Positions 11,824-25,100 of a DNA stretch of 64,000 nt are shown piece by piece. The DNA comes from Haliotis rufescens. Its lineage: Eukaryota. Within the stretch, counting starts at the first letter, position 1; the number at the start of each line of letters is the position of its first letter. Both the position numbers and the translations under genes were made by a program. The DNA lies in assembly GCF_023055435.1 (NCBI RefSeq), contig NW_025964046.1, positions 2,604,001-2,668,000 on the forward strand, written 5' to 3'. The notes beneath the pieces were generated by a model. That model worked only from the letters and a program-made list of their open reading frames with translations. It made no database searches and had not been told where the DNA came from.

Positions 11824-14679
11824 TGCAAGTATTTCAACAACACATGGTGGGACGAATACTTCAATAGCATGTGGTTGGACGGGTATTTCAACAACATGTG
11901 GTTGGACGGGTATTTCAACAACCTTTGGTAGGACTAGTATTTCAACAACAGGGGATCGGACGACTGTTTCAACAACAGGGGGCCAGACGTATATTTCAAC
12001 AACAGGGGTTCAGACGTATATTTAAAAAACAGGGGGGTCAGACGTATATTTCAACAACAGGGGCTCAGACAAGTATTTCAACAACAGGGGATCGGACGAC
12101 TGTTTCAACAACAGGGGGTCAGACGTATGATTCAACAACAGGGGCTCAGACGTTTATTTCAAAAACAGGGGGGTCAGACGTTTATTTCAAAAACAGGGGG
12201 TCAGACGTATATTTCAACAACAGGGGCTCAGACGTATATTTAAACAACAGGGGGTCAGACGTTTATTTCAACAACAGGGGGGTCAGACGTATATTTCAAC
12301 AACAGGGGATCGGACAAGTATTTCAAGAACAGGGGTTCAGACGTATATTTCAACAACAGGGGTTCAGACGTTTATTTAAAAAACAGGGGGGTCAGACGTA
12401 TATTTCAACAACAGGGGCTCAGACAAGTATTTCAACAACAGGGGATCGGACGACTGTTTCAACAACAGGGGGTCAGACGTATATTTCAAAAATAGGGGCT
12501 CAGACGTTTATTTCAAAAACAGGGGGGTCAGACTTATATTTCAACAACAGGGGCTCAGACGTATATTTCAACAACAGGGGGTCAGACGTTTATTTCAACA
12601 ACAGGGGGTCAGACGTATATTTCAACAACAGGGGGTCAGACAAGTATTTCAAGAACAGAGATTCAGACGTATATTTCAACAACAGGCGTTCAGACGTTTA
12701 TTTCAACAACAGGGGGTCAGACGTATATTTCAACAACAGGGGCTCAGACAAGTATTTCAAGAACAGGGGTTCAGACGTATATGTAAACAACAGGGGGTAT
12801 GACGTATATTTCAAAAACAGCTGGGTCAGACAAGTATTTCAAGAACAGGGGTTCGGACGTTTATTTCAAAAACAGGGGGGTCAGACGTATATTTCAACAA
12901 CAGGGGCTCAGACAAGTATTTCAACAACAGGGGTTCAGACGTATATTTCACCAACAGGGGGTCTGACGTATATTTCAAAAACAGGGGGCTCAGACGTATA
13001 TTTCAAGAACAGGGGCTCAGACAAGTATTTCAAGAACAGGGGATCAGACGTATATTACACCAACAGGGGGTCTGACGTTTATTTCAAGAACAGGGGGTCA
13101 GACAAGTATTTCAAGAACAGGGGTTCAGACGTTTATTTCAAAAACAGGGGGGTCAGATGTATATTTCAACAACAGGGGCTCAGACAAGTATTTCAACAAC
13201 AGGGGTTCAGACGTTTATTTCAAAAACAGGGGGGTCAGATGTATATTTCAACAACAGGGGATCGGACGACTGTTTCAACAACAGGGGGTCAGACGTATAT
13301 TTCAACAACAGGGGGTCACACGTATATTTCAAAAACAGGGGGGTCAGACGTATATTTCACCAACAGGGGGTCTGACGTATATTTCAACATCAGGGGGTCA
13401 GACCTATATTTCAACAACAGGGGATCGAACGATTGTTTCAACAACAGGGGGTCAGACGTATATTTCAACAACAGGCGCTCAGACGTTTATTTAAAAAACA
13501 GGGGGGTCAGACGTATGTTTCAAGAACAGGGGGGGTCAGACGTATATTTCAACAACAGGGGGTCAGACGTATATTTCAACAACAGGGGGTCTGACGTATA
13601 TTTCAAAAACAGGTGGTCACACGTATATTTCAACAACAGGGGGTCAGACGTATATTTCAACAACAGGGGGTCAGACGTATATTTCAACAACAGGGGGTCA
13701 GACGTATATTTCAACAACATTTGGTCACACGTATATTTGAACAACAGGGGTTCAGACGTATATTTCAACAACAGGGGGTCAGACGTATATTTCAAGAACA
13801 GGGGATCGGACGACTGTTTCAACGACAGGGGGTCAGACGTATATTTCAACAACAGGGGCTCAGACGTTTATTTCAAAAACAGGGGGGTCAGACGTATATT
13901 TCAACAACAGGGGCTCAGACGTTTATTTCAAAAACAGGGGGTCAGACTTTTATTTCAACAACAGGTGGGTCAGACGTATATTTCATCAACAGGGGGTCAG
14001 ACGCATATTTCAACAACAAGGGGGTCAGACGTCTATTTCAACAACAGGGGTTCAGACGTTTATATCAATAACAGGGGGGTCAGACGTATATTTCAACAAG
14101 ACGGGCTCAGACAAGTATTTCAAGAACAGGGGGCCAGACGTATATTTCAACAACAGGGGGTCAGACGTATTTTTCAAGAACAGGGGATCGGACGACTGTT
14201 TCAACGACAGGGGGTCAGACGTATATTTCAACAACAGGGGCTCAGACGTTTATTTCAAAAACAGGGGGGTCAGACGTATATTTCAACAAGAGGGGGTCAC
14301 ACGTATATTTCAACAACAGGGGGTCAGACGTATATGTCAACAACAGGGGCTCAGACAAGTATTTCAAGAACAGGGGTTCAGACGTTTATATCCAAAACAG
14401 GGGGGTCAGACGTATATTTCAACAACAGGGGCTCAGACAAGTATTTCAACAACAGGGGGATCAGACAAGTATTTCAAGAACAGGGGTTCAGACGTATATT
14501 TCAGCAACAGGGGCTCAGTCGTAAATTTCAACAACAGAGGGTCAGACGTATATTTCAACAACAGGGGATCGGACAAGTGTTTCAACAACAGGGGGTCAGA
14601 CGTATATTTCACCAACAGGGGGTCAGACGTATATTTCAACAACAGGGTGTCAGACGAGTATTTCAACAACATTGGGACG
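11824..14679. repeat. 27-bp minisatellite array 2 (~2.9 kb)
   Basis: Same unit, with 27/28-bp variants from G-run length. Confidence 0.95.
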
Positions 14680-15733
14680 TGTAAGGATCGCAATAAATTT
14701 CTATGTCAAATCATTTAAGATCAAAAGTTTTTATTCACATTCTCATTTCCATTCTCATTCTCAATTGTACATATGTCATATGTCAAACATCATATTTCAT
14801 GGAGAATATAATTCAATGTTATTGTTAGTTCATGTTCAAATATGGGGCAGTCGGGTAGGCTAGTGGTTAAAGCGTTCGCTCGTCACGCCGAAGACCCGGG
14901 TTCGATTACCGACATGGGTACAATGTGTGAAGCCCATTTCTGGTGTCCCCCGCCGTGATATTGCTGGAATATTGCTAAAAGCGGCGTAAAACCATACTCA
15001 CTCACTCACTCACTCATGTTCAAATAAAGTTCATAATATGTATCACATCTTATCATCATCAATTATCAACAAATACCCAAAACCTTCTCCTCGTTGGAGT
15101 TGGAAGATTGACTGCAAAGGAAAAATAAACAATAATAAGTTTGCAGTTCAATATGTAAACAAAACAATAACAATGTATGAAAATTACTGAAACAAAAAAA
15201 GTTGACAAAAGACATTGACAAATTGTACCAAAATAATTACAAGAGCATTTGCACAGAAAGAAAATGCATAATATAATGTTATATGATGTAATTTAAATTG
15301 AAAATACTTGATGAAAATACAACTTTACTAGAATGTAAACATTAGTGATTGAAAACTGAACACATTATCTTTACGTCAGAAAAAAAAGGTTACAAATACA
15401 ACATTTTGGGAATTAAAATTGCTACAGAAATATATTGACAATGGAAAAGAAATACAAATGCATGAAAACACACCATTTTGGCAGACCCATATTCTTTTAA
15501 TTCATTCTTTTCTTATTTTTGACCGCATGGGTCCTAATTCTCTCAATGCATAAACTAAAAAGCATGGCATTAAGCCTTAACAGACTTACGTCCCTTGGTA
15601 TCCTGAAGCATACATTAAATAACACTCTTTTTACTGCTAAATTTGGAATGAAAATTGAAGAAAACTTTTAACTTTAATAATCTGGAAAAAATAATAGAAA
15701 TTATTTTAGAGATGCTATTTTTTTACCGTAACA
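14680..15733. mobile_element. Solo-LTR-like TGT...ACA element, copy 2
   Basis: Same termini and GGACG TSD. Confidence 0.7.
14843..15013 (+). mobile_element. tRNA-derived SINE (duplicated with the cassette)
   Basis: Same sequence, site and TSD as 5941. Confidence 0.85.
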
Positions 15734-16159
15734 GGACGAGTATTTCCACAACATGTGGTGGGACGAGTATTTCAACAACAGGGGGGGCAGACGAGTATTT
15801 CAACAACATGTGGTGGAACAGTTATTTCGACAACAGGGGGGGGGGGGGGGGGGGTTAGACGAGTATTTTAACATGTGTTTGGACGAGTATTTCAACAACA
15901 TGTGTTTGGACCAGTATTTCGGGGCACTCAGCCATCAGATTCCTTCTCTCTGGCAACACAGGGATGCAACCTTCGGCAAACAGGTTGCCCAATATAGCCA
16001 TCTCTTTCAACCAGCAGGTGGATAAAAGGGGCAACCCCCGACCCTGGGTTCCCACGGGCAAACAGTATAAGTATATTTCATGAAGTAACTGTTCAAACAA
16101 ATAACATTGTTCGGATATGACAGAACCAGATGATTTATACTACACAGAAAGGGTTTTAG

Positions 16160-18745
16160 TCAGTGACATATTTTACATTTAACATATACTGCTTGTGTCA
16201 GAATTCTGTCCCTTACATGGACCCATACATCACTGTGAGGATCAGGAAAGTCATCTAGTTGGATGATATCCTCCTCGTCAGTTACATTCAGCAGCAGTTC
16301 AGGTAGTCGACCACGGTTCACGTTTCCCACCATGAGCAGAATCACTCTGTTAGGGTTGAGGTTGGAAATGTAGTAAGCTGTTGACTTAATGATAAAGTAG
16401 GACCAGGGGTCATCCAGGAAATCGTCGGACACAACCAGTACTGTCTTCCAGCTTTTGTTAATACTTTCTACAACATGGTCAGCTACGTAAGGACCAGGTA
16501 GGAAATCTCTGTCGGGAAGAATAAGCTTCAGTCCAAGTAGATCCTCCAGCCCTATACGTAGATCTTGCATTACAAACTGAAGCTCTTCATCCGAGTGGGC
16601 TACGTAAGCATCTTTGTTGAAGTTTTGTCTAGTGACCCGCTGGATCCCACGACCCATGAGGACCAAAATGTGATGTGCAATCCTTGTCCAGTTCCGTGAC
16701 ACCAGCATGGCAGACACAAGTAGAAGAGCTATTAAACACATCAGTGTTATAGAGACTGGCAGCCAAAATCGACCTTGACATGAAGTCCAGTGGTAATTAA
16801 ACTCGTTGTACACTGTGTGGGTTGTTGTAAGAGCACCATATTCAGTAACACATGAATAGTTCCCATTGCTGTCAAAGGTAACCGACGATGAAAATATCCA
16901 CCTAACAAACAAGAGAGACTGGCATGAGCAGGAGAGAGGGTTTCCCTTCAGCCTCAGGACCAGCTTGTTCTTCTGTCCGAGACTCTCCAACATATCCATT
17001 GTGTCGTCGTCAAAGTAGGTGATGGAGTTCACTGATAGGTCCAGGATGTGCAGGTCAGGCAGGTCATTGTTTTCAAAAGGAACAGACACAAGGTTATTTC
17101 TGGACACATTCAGACTGATCAGTGTCCTGATGGACCCCATATCCATATAACGTATGTCATTCCCTAATATCTCTAAATAACGTAAAGCATGCATCGTCTC
17201 TAGTCCCTCCAGTACTGACCCTCCTCTTCTGAGTGTTTCCTTGTCGAAGCCCATATTGTTCAATGCAAGAGACGTCATATTTGGAAATGAGAGCAAGAAA
17301 TCTTTTGTCATACCCCTACCTTCATTGCCAGAAAGATCGACTTCATTTAAGAAGCTCAACCCTTTAATTTGCTTTACAAAGCCCCACGCTCCATTGTAGG
17401 ACAGATCTAATTTTGCTAAATGTGACGAACCTGTAATACCCGTTATAAAAAACTCCCCAAAATAACTAGTTATTCCCCTTAATATACAGATACGTAGATT
17501 AGGAGGAAAACGTATTCCCGCCCCTACTGATTCTAACTTTGATACAGAACAATTTTCGGGACTAATTCTGTGCCTATAAAGATTATAGAGTCCGTTGTCA
17601 GTCACTTTAATTTGAGATTTTAAACTGCCTTGTCCTAAGTCATACCTGCGTTTAATAAATTTATGTTGATCAGAAGCATCTAAAAACAACAGATGTTTAC
17701 ATAAACTCATTTGGAGAAATATAGCTTCATCCCCTAAAATATTGTTATTTGATAAATCTAGATATTTAATACAACGCGAAAGGACAAGTATTGAATTTTC
17801 AGCAAGGTAAATAATGTTGTTATAGCTGAGATCCAGATGTTCGATGCAAATATGTGTCAGATAAATTAGTGTTTCCTTGGTTATAAGCTGGCTTTGAAGG
17901 TTTCGATTTCGACTGACATATTTGTTGGAATTTCTCATGAGAACTTGAGATACGTTTTTACCATTAAGGCCATAGAACGCACGTAGAGCCATAGCAGTTG
18001 GTAAGGTCATTACGTTTTCCAGAACTATTTTGGAAATATTTTTGAAAGGTAGAAATGCTCCAGCATGAATTGCAAGAAGTTTGGAATCTTTTACATTCAG
18101 CACCTGTACAGATGTATTCTCAAAAACGGAGAATGTGTGGTTTTGTAAAACGGTAATAGCACTGTAAATACAGTCATCATCAGATCCAGTCCCTATATTC
18201 AAAGTTACCAGTTTTTGCAAATACCCAAATCCACTTCCAAATATTTCTCGTTGGAACGTATCAATTGTCAGTGTTTCTAAATGTATTAACCATTTGAATA
18301 TCCAATCCGGAGTAGTTCCTCTTATACGGCAGTCGTTGTTACCAATGTTCAACCCTGTAAGACTTTGTAGAGGACGGAAGACATCTTCTGGATAGGTGTG
18401 ATTGTCCAGTTGGAGATTATTGTTATTAAGGCGTAAACTGAGAAGGAGGAATAAACTTTTAAATGCGTTTGCTTCCAACCGTGATACTTGACAGTTTACA
18501 ATGTTCAAATACAACAATCGGGGAAGACGCACAAACGCCTGGTCCCTGAGAACCGTTATGTTGTTCCCGCTGAGATCCAGACTGACAGTGTTGGGAGGGA
18601 GATCACCAGGAACAGAGGTAAGGTTAAGGTTCTGACAGTCAACACGGCTGCCACCAAGCTGGGGGTCTGGCTTTATTTGACATGTCTTCTGGCTTGCAGA
18701 AGAGGTCACATTTAGAGTCAGGATAAGGCCACAGATGATCTTCAT
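16160..18745 (-). CDS. Toll-like receptor copy 3, 861 aa, 8-aa C-terminal extension
   Basis: Full LRR-TM-TIR ORF; ancestral TAG is TAT at 16184-16186. Confidence 0.95.
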   Translation of the reverse strand: MKIICGLILTLNVTSSASQKTCQIKPDPQLGGSRVDCQNLNLTSVPGDLPPNTVSLDLSGNNITVLRDQAFVRLPRLLYLNIVNCQVSRLEANAFKSLFLLLSLRLNNNNLQLDNHTYPEDVFRPLQSLTGLNIGNNDCRIRGTTPDWIFKWLIHLETLTIDTFQREIFGSGFGYLQKLVTLNIGTGSDDDCIYSAITVLQNHTFSVFENTSVQVLNVKDSKLLAIHAGAFLPFKNISKIVLENVMTLPTAMALRAFYGLNGKNVSQVLMRNSNKYVSRNRNLQSQLITKETLIYLTHICIEHLDLSYNNIIYLAENSILVLSRCIKYLDLSNNNILGDEAIFLQMSLCKHLLFLDASDQHKFIKRRYDLGQGSLKSQIKVTDNGLYNLYRHRISPENCSVSKLESVGAGIRFPPNLRICILRGITSYFGEFFITGITGSSHLAKLDLSYNGAWGFVKQIKGLSFLNEVDLSGNEGRGMTKDFLLSFPNMTSLALNNMGFDKETLRRGGSVLEGLETMHALRYLEILGNDIRYMDMGSIRTLISLNVSRNNLVSVPFENNDLPDLHILDLSVNSITYFDDDTMDMLESLGQKNKLVLRLKGNPLSCSCQSLLFVRWIFSSSVTFDSNGNYSCVTEYGALTTTHTVYNEFNYHWTSCQGRFWLPVSITLMCLIALLLVSAMLVSRNWTRIAHHILVLMGRGIQRVTRQNFNKDAYVAHSDEELQFVMQDLRIGLEDLLGLKLILPDRDFLPGPYVADHVVESINKSWKTVLVVSDDFLDDPWSYFIIKSTAYYISNLNPNRVILLMVGNVNRGRLPELLLNVTDEEDIIQLDDFPDPHSDVWVHVRDRILTQAVYVKCKICH

Positions 18746-19159
18746 TGTGATGGCAATTTGAAATGACCTCAGGTCTGTTCCGTGTTGCAGTTCTTGTTGT
18801 CAGTTTTAGTTGGAGCCTGGAATGTTTGAAAAATTGGTCACAAGGCTCACGACATCATACATGTCAAAATGCAGTATAATAAAATGTAAACAAGAATGCG
18901 CCAAAGTTGCCTTCCTACGAGCATCCACATCGGATTACACTCAATCAGTCATATGCTTACTTGAGGACTGAACTTAAGTATCAAAGTGATTGCTATGGAT
19001 GGGGAGTCTGGACTAATTTAACTTTTTGACAGAACTTCAGTTATACCACGGATTATCAGCATAATGCAACAGTGAGAATCTAAGGGACGGACCATTTGAT
19101 ATTCTGGTGGAGGCCTGGGATTTTTATTCGAGTCCCTTTACAAGTTTAGTAAAAAAAAT

Positions 19160-19268
19160 GAAACGTTCGCTCGTCACGCCGTACAATGTGTGACCCCCAT
19201 GTCTGGTGTACCCCACAGTGATATTGCTGGTTAATTGCGTAAAGCGGCGTTAAATCAAACTCACTCGC
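19160..19268 (+). mobile_element. Degenerate, internally deleted copy of the same SINE upstream of TLR (also ~32143-32250, 42628-42735, 52245-52357)
   Basis: CGTTCGCTCGTCACGCCG...GATATTGCTGG...GCGGCG...ACTCACTC. Confidence 0.65.
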
Positions 19269-19708
19269 ATCGCCAGAGAATAACCAAATCCGCACGCACA
19301 TGTTGCGTCTACGACAGTTAAACTATTGCACAGGGTAACACTTAATGGTGGGTTCAGCTATCCTAAACCGCTTATATGTCCGTCCGAGAAAGTACGTTTT
19401 CACAAACGTTACAGGAAACAAATTTAATGCGAGTCATCAATACGAAGCCAAAGCAAGCTTTTACAAAACAATAAATTTCCTGAACTGTTTAGTGAAAACA
19501 CGCATGTTTGGAACAACATAAACCATATTAATTTCAATTCATTCCCTGTTGTCCCCTTGCGCAGTGTTTTTGACTTCTATGCGATTACCTCCCTAACATA
19601 CTGAATTTGATAAACACTGTCTTTCAACAGTATGTGAGCGCAGTAGCCTATTCAGGCTTTTTTCTCATCCGATGTCTACATCCTACTACATATAGGACAC
19701 ATTGTAAT

Positions 19709-19841
19709 NNNNNNNNNNNNNNNNNNNNNNNNNNNNNNNNNNNNNNNNNNNNNNNNNNNNNNNNNNNNNNNNNNNNNNNNNNNNNNNNNNNNNNNNNNNN
19801 NNNNNNNNNNNNNNNNNNNNNNNNNNNNNNNNNNNNNNNNN
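19709..19841. other. 133-N run
   Basis: N bases. Confidence 0.99.
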
Positions 19842-20633
19842 CTCTTCCTCTCTAGCTCTCCCTCCCTCCCCCTCCCTCCCCTCTCTCTCCTCTCTCTTTC
19901 ACTCTCTCTCTCTCTCTCTCTCTCTCAAGCTCTCTCACTCTGTGTGTGTGAATCAGAGATTCGTATATGTATATTAACAACTAACAGATAAACAATACCC
20001 TGTAACATTGGTTTCAATAGACGTACCTGCTACCATGCTCCTCGCACTGAATCCAAACAAATCCTCACCTCATTTGTGACCCTGTTTAAGTGAAACTGTA
20101 GAACTACTTCCACCTAACACATACACGTGAAACTGTAGAACTACTTCTGCCTAACACATACTGTTGCGTGTTAATGTCCATGTTTCGCTAGGGCTGATGG
20201 TTAAAAGGAACAGATGCATTTACCATCATCATCTTCGCCTAAATCCAACAATCCCAGTTTTCACAATGATATAAGAACTACTTAAAAAAGGATATGATCA
20301 TTATTGTTCTAATTAAAATCCTCAAAGTTTTATTTTTAAGTCTTACATAACTCAACTTAGTTTCTAAAAAGCCCAGACTCAGCTATGTTAGAAAATACTA
20401 GTTTCAATCTTAAACACCTCATTGGCGAAAATAACAGTGTTTTGTATTTAACATGTTCTACCTGATTTTACTATAAAAGATTTGTGTCATAACAATATTT
20501 ATGAACGAAATTATGCCAATGAATACAACTTCTTATGGTAGGCTGGCTTAAAAAGCAGGAGCTTATGTTGAAACTACGTTTGGGAATGTATTGGGCATTG
20601 TCCAATGCGGGCGAAATCTATTTGCTTGGCTGG

Positions 20634-21465
20634 CCAGTGTTAGATTTACAAATTTAGTCACTGGCATCTAAATGCGGAGTCAGGATTTTAGAAAATATGT
20701 ATATTTTCGAAATAGTATGAAGTATCATGATTGAAATAGGTTTCATAATATTTTATTTCTTAAAAAAAGAATTCTTCCCATTCTATTTCATAAAATGTCA
20801 AAGTTTATGTCTATTTGGTAACTACGTACTCCAGTCTGTTTCGTTTTTTTCAATGATCATAGTTTTCGTTTTTCCCGGTGTTCTCCACACATAGCCCACG
20901 TGAGGTCCATGTGGGGTTTGACATTTTTACGATATGGCAGCAAAAAATCATAATTTCCCCGTTATAATCGCACGATGTTTGTTTAATATCAGTCTGCAAC
21001 CCAATCTGTGCCCCACCACGAAAACAATGACGTAGCACTCACCTGACCTATCACGTATCACACCTGTGAACCTAGTACAACCTACTACGTAGCACACACC
21101 TGTACACACTTGACATTCACAATGGCGGAATATTTGATGATTTTTGATCTGAATAGTTTCGTGAATACTGTACATAAATGACAAACGACTATATCAGGTG
21201 AAATTACATTTAATTTCTCAATTATTCTCACCTTATACAAATAATAATTGTCTTTGACGACATGAATCTTAAGCTCAGATTGTTAATCGCTAAAAATGCG
21301 ATGTAACGTGCGTATTGTTGAAACACTGAGTCTCCGGAGAAGTGAATTGCCATTTTTCTGTAATGTCATTTTACCAAAATAGAATTCTTCGATATTTATC
21401 GATTATTGATCGATATGTGACTACCGATAATCGATCTGAGTAATCCATAACGATAACCAGCCCTA
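20634..21465. mobile_element. Putative non-autonomous DNA transposon remnant (also 33618-34449 and 44102-44933)
   Basis: Replaces sequence present in cassettes 1 and 2; ends in CAGCCCTA with subterminal ATCGAT repeats (hAT-like end); starts with a hairpin. Confidence 0.45.
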
Positions 21466-22123
21466 GAAATTATAAGATGTATATCACGGCGGGAATAAAG
21501 TAGAGAAATACTTCTGGAAAATATGCTTCCTTGTTTGGGTTGGAATAACAGTAAAACCAATTACCAGGGTTCGTGTTCGTCCTCGTTATTTCTGACTCCC
21601 GTGTGAAAAATCAGTATCGGACTCTATAAGGACAAATACTTGTAACACACTTAACATAACGATTCTTTCAATAGGCGTACCTGCTACGACGTTTCTCACA
21701 AGGAATAAACAAAGCCCTTACCCCTCTCGTGTCCTGGTTGAGGCTGGTTGATAAACATTCCCAAACCCAATGCTAGTGACATCCTGCTGCACATAGGACA
21801 CATACTGATTCTTCGGGTAGTGTGTATCACATAACATTTGCTTCAATAGACGTTCCTGCTCTCATGTTCCTCTCGTTGGGTGACCTTGGTTATGTGCGAC
21901 CGGTGTATAAATACTTGTGCGTTGATGTGTGTACAATGTACTTATATTGCGAGGGCTGAGTCATCTCAAAGCATAGGATTTTGTAAGAAGTGGGTGTGGC
22001 ACATATTGCACTTGATGAAACTAACCTTCAGTGAATGTATGTGTTTACAGAAGGGCGCCGTATTCTGTCTGTTTGTGTGAGCGCGTCATAAAACCTTTTC
22101 AGCTGAGGGCAGTTGAGGGGGCA

Positions 22124-25100
22124 TGCAAGTATTTCAACAACACATGGTGGGACGAATACTTCAATAGCATGTGGTTGGACGGGTATTTCAACAACATGTG
22201 GTTGGACGGGTATTTCAACAACCTTTGGTAGGACTAGTATTTCAACAACAGGGGATCGGACGACTGTTTCAACAACAGGGGGCCAGACGTATATTTCAAC
22301 AACAGGGGTTCAGACGTATATTTAAAAAACAGGGGGGTCAGACGTATATTTCAACAACAGGGGCTCAGACAAGTATTTCAACAACAGGGGATCGGACGAC
22401 TGTTTCAACAACAGGGGGTCAGACGTATGATTCAACAACAGGGGCTCAGACGTTTATTTCAAAAACAGGGGGGTCAGACGTTTATTTCAAAAACAGGGGG
22501 TCAGACGTATATTTCAACAACAGGGGCTCAGACGTATATTTAAACAACAGGGGGTCAGACGTTTATTTCAACAACAGGGGGGTCAGACGTATATTTCAAC
22601 AACAGGGGATCGGACAAGTATTTCAAGAACAGGGGTTCAGACGTATATTTCAACAACAGGGGTTCAGACGTTTATTTAAAAAACAGGGGGGTCAGACGTA
22701 TATTTCAACAACAGGGGCTCAGACAAGTATTTCAACAACAGGGGATCGGACGACTGTTTCAACAACAGGGGGTCAGACGTATATTTCAAAAACAGGGGCT
22801 CAGACGTTTATTTCAAAAACAGGGGGGTCAGACTTATATTTCAACAACAGGGGCTCAGACGTATATTTCAACAACAGGGGGTCAGACGTTTATTTCAACA
22901 ACAGGGGGTCAGACGTATATTTCAACAACAGGGGGTCAGACAAGTATTTCAAGAACAGAGATTCAGACGTATATTTCAACAACAGGCGTTCAGACGTTTA
23001 TTTCAACAACAGCGGGGTCAGACGTATATTTCAACAACAGGGGCTCAGACAAGTATTTCAAGAACAGGGGTTCAGACGTATATGTAAACAACAGGGGGTA
23101 TGACGTATATTTCAAAAACAGCGGGGTCAGACAAGTATTTCAAGAACAGGGGTTCGGACGTTTATTTCAAAAACAGGGGGGTCAGACGTATATTTCAACA
23201 ACAGGGGCTCAGACAAGTATTTCAACAACAGGGGTTCAGACGTATATTTCACCAACAGGGGGTCTGACGTATATTTCAAAAACAGGGGGCTCAGACGTAT
23301 ATTTCAAGAACAGGGGCTCAGACAAGTATTTCAAGAACAGGGGATCAGACGTATATTACACCAACAGGGGGTCTGACGTTTATTTCAAGAACAGGGGGTC
23401 AGACAAGTATTTCAAGAACAGGGGTTCAGACGTTTATTTCAAAAACAGGGGGGTCAGATGTATATTTCAACAACAGGGGCTCAGACAAGTATTTCAACAA
23501 CAGGGGTTCAGACGTTTATTTCAAAAACAGGGGGGTCAGATGTATATTTCAACAACAGGGGATCGGACGACTGTTTCAACAACAGGGGGTCAGACGTATA
23601 TTTCAACAACAGGGGGTCACACGTATATTTCAAAAACAGGGGCTCAGACAAGTATTTCAACAACAGGGGTTCAGACGTTTATATCAAAAACGGGGGGGTC
23701 AGACGTATATTTTAACAACAGGGGCTCAGACGTTTATTTAAAAAAGAGGGGGGTCAGACGTTTATTTCAAAAACAGGGGGGTCAGACTTATACTCAACAA
23801 CAGGAGCTCAGACAAGTATTTCAACAACAGGGGATCGGACGACTGTTTCAACAACAGGGGGTCAGACGTATATTTCAACAACAGGGGCTCAGAGGTTTAT
23901 TTAAAAAACAGGGGGGTCAGACGTTTATTTCAAAAACAGGGGGGTCAGACGTATATTTCAACAAGAGGGGCTCAGACAAGTATTTCAACAACAGGGGATC
24001 GGACGACTGTTTCAACAACAGGGGGTCAGACGTATATTTCAACAACAGGGGCTCACACGTTTATTTCAAAAACAGGGGGGTCAGACGTTTATTTCAAAAA
24101 CAGGGGGGTCAGACTTATATTTCAACAACAGGGGTCAGACGTATATTTCAACAACAGGGGGTCAGACGTTTATTTCAACAAGAGGGGGTCAGACGTATAT
24201 TTCAACAACAGGGGGTCAGACAAGTATTTCAAGAACAGAGATTCAGACGTTTATTTCAACAACAGGCGTTCAGACGTTTATTTCAACAACAGCGGGGTCA
24301 GACGTATATTTCAACAACAGGGGCTCTGACAAGTATTTCAAGAACAGGGGTTCAGACGTATATTTCACCAACAGGGGGAATGACGTATATTTCAAAAACA
24401 GGGGGGTCAGACAAGTATTTCAAGAACAGGGGTTCAGACGTTTATTTCAAAAACAGGGGCTCAGACAAGTATTTCAACAACAGGGGTTCAGACGTATATT
24501 TCACCAACAGGGGGTCAGACGTATATTTTAAAGCAGGGGGCTCAGACGTATATTTCAACAACAGGGGCTCAGACAAGTATTTCACAGGGGGGCTGACGTT
24601 TAATTCAACAACAGGGGCTCAGACAAGTATTTCAAGAACAGGGGGTCTGACGTTTATTTCAACAACAGGGGCTCAGACAAGTATTTCAAGAACAGGGGTT
24701 CAGACGTTTATATCAAAAACAGGCGGGTCAGACGTATATTTCAACAACAGGAGATCGGACGGGTGTTTCAACAACAGATGGTCAGACGTATATTTCAACA
24801 ACAGGGGCTCAGATGTTTATTTCAAAAACAGGGGGGTCAGACGTATATTTCAACAACAGGGGGTCACACGTCTATTTCAAGAACAGGGGCTCAGACGTTT
24901 ATATCAAAAACAGGGGGGTCGGACGTATATTTCAACAACAGGGGCTCAGACAAGTATTTCAAGAACAGGGGTTCAGACGTTTATATCAAAAACAGGCGGG
25001 TCAGACGTATATTTCAACAACAGGAGATCGGACGGGTGTTTCAACAACAGATGGTCAGACGTATATTTCAACAACAGGCGTTCAGACGTTTATTTCAACA

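Noticed and set aside
11871-14684. 937-aa and other long ORFs over the 27-bp arrays (SDVYFNNRG / VRRIFQQQG / QTYISTTGG)
   Set aside because: The unit is a multiple of 3 with no stop in any + frame. Frames switch freely with G-run length and ORF limits differ between cassettes.
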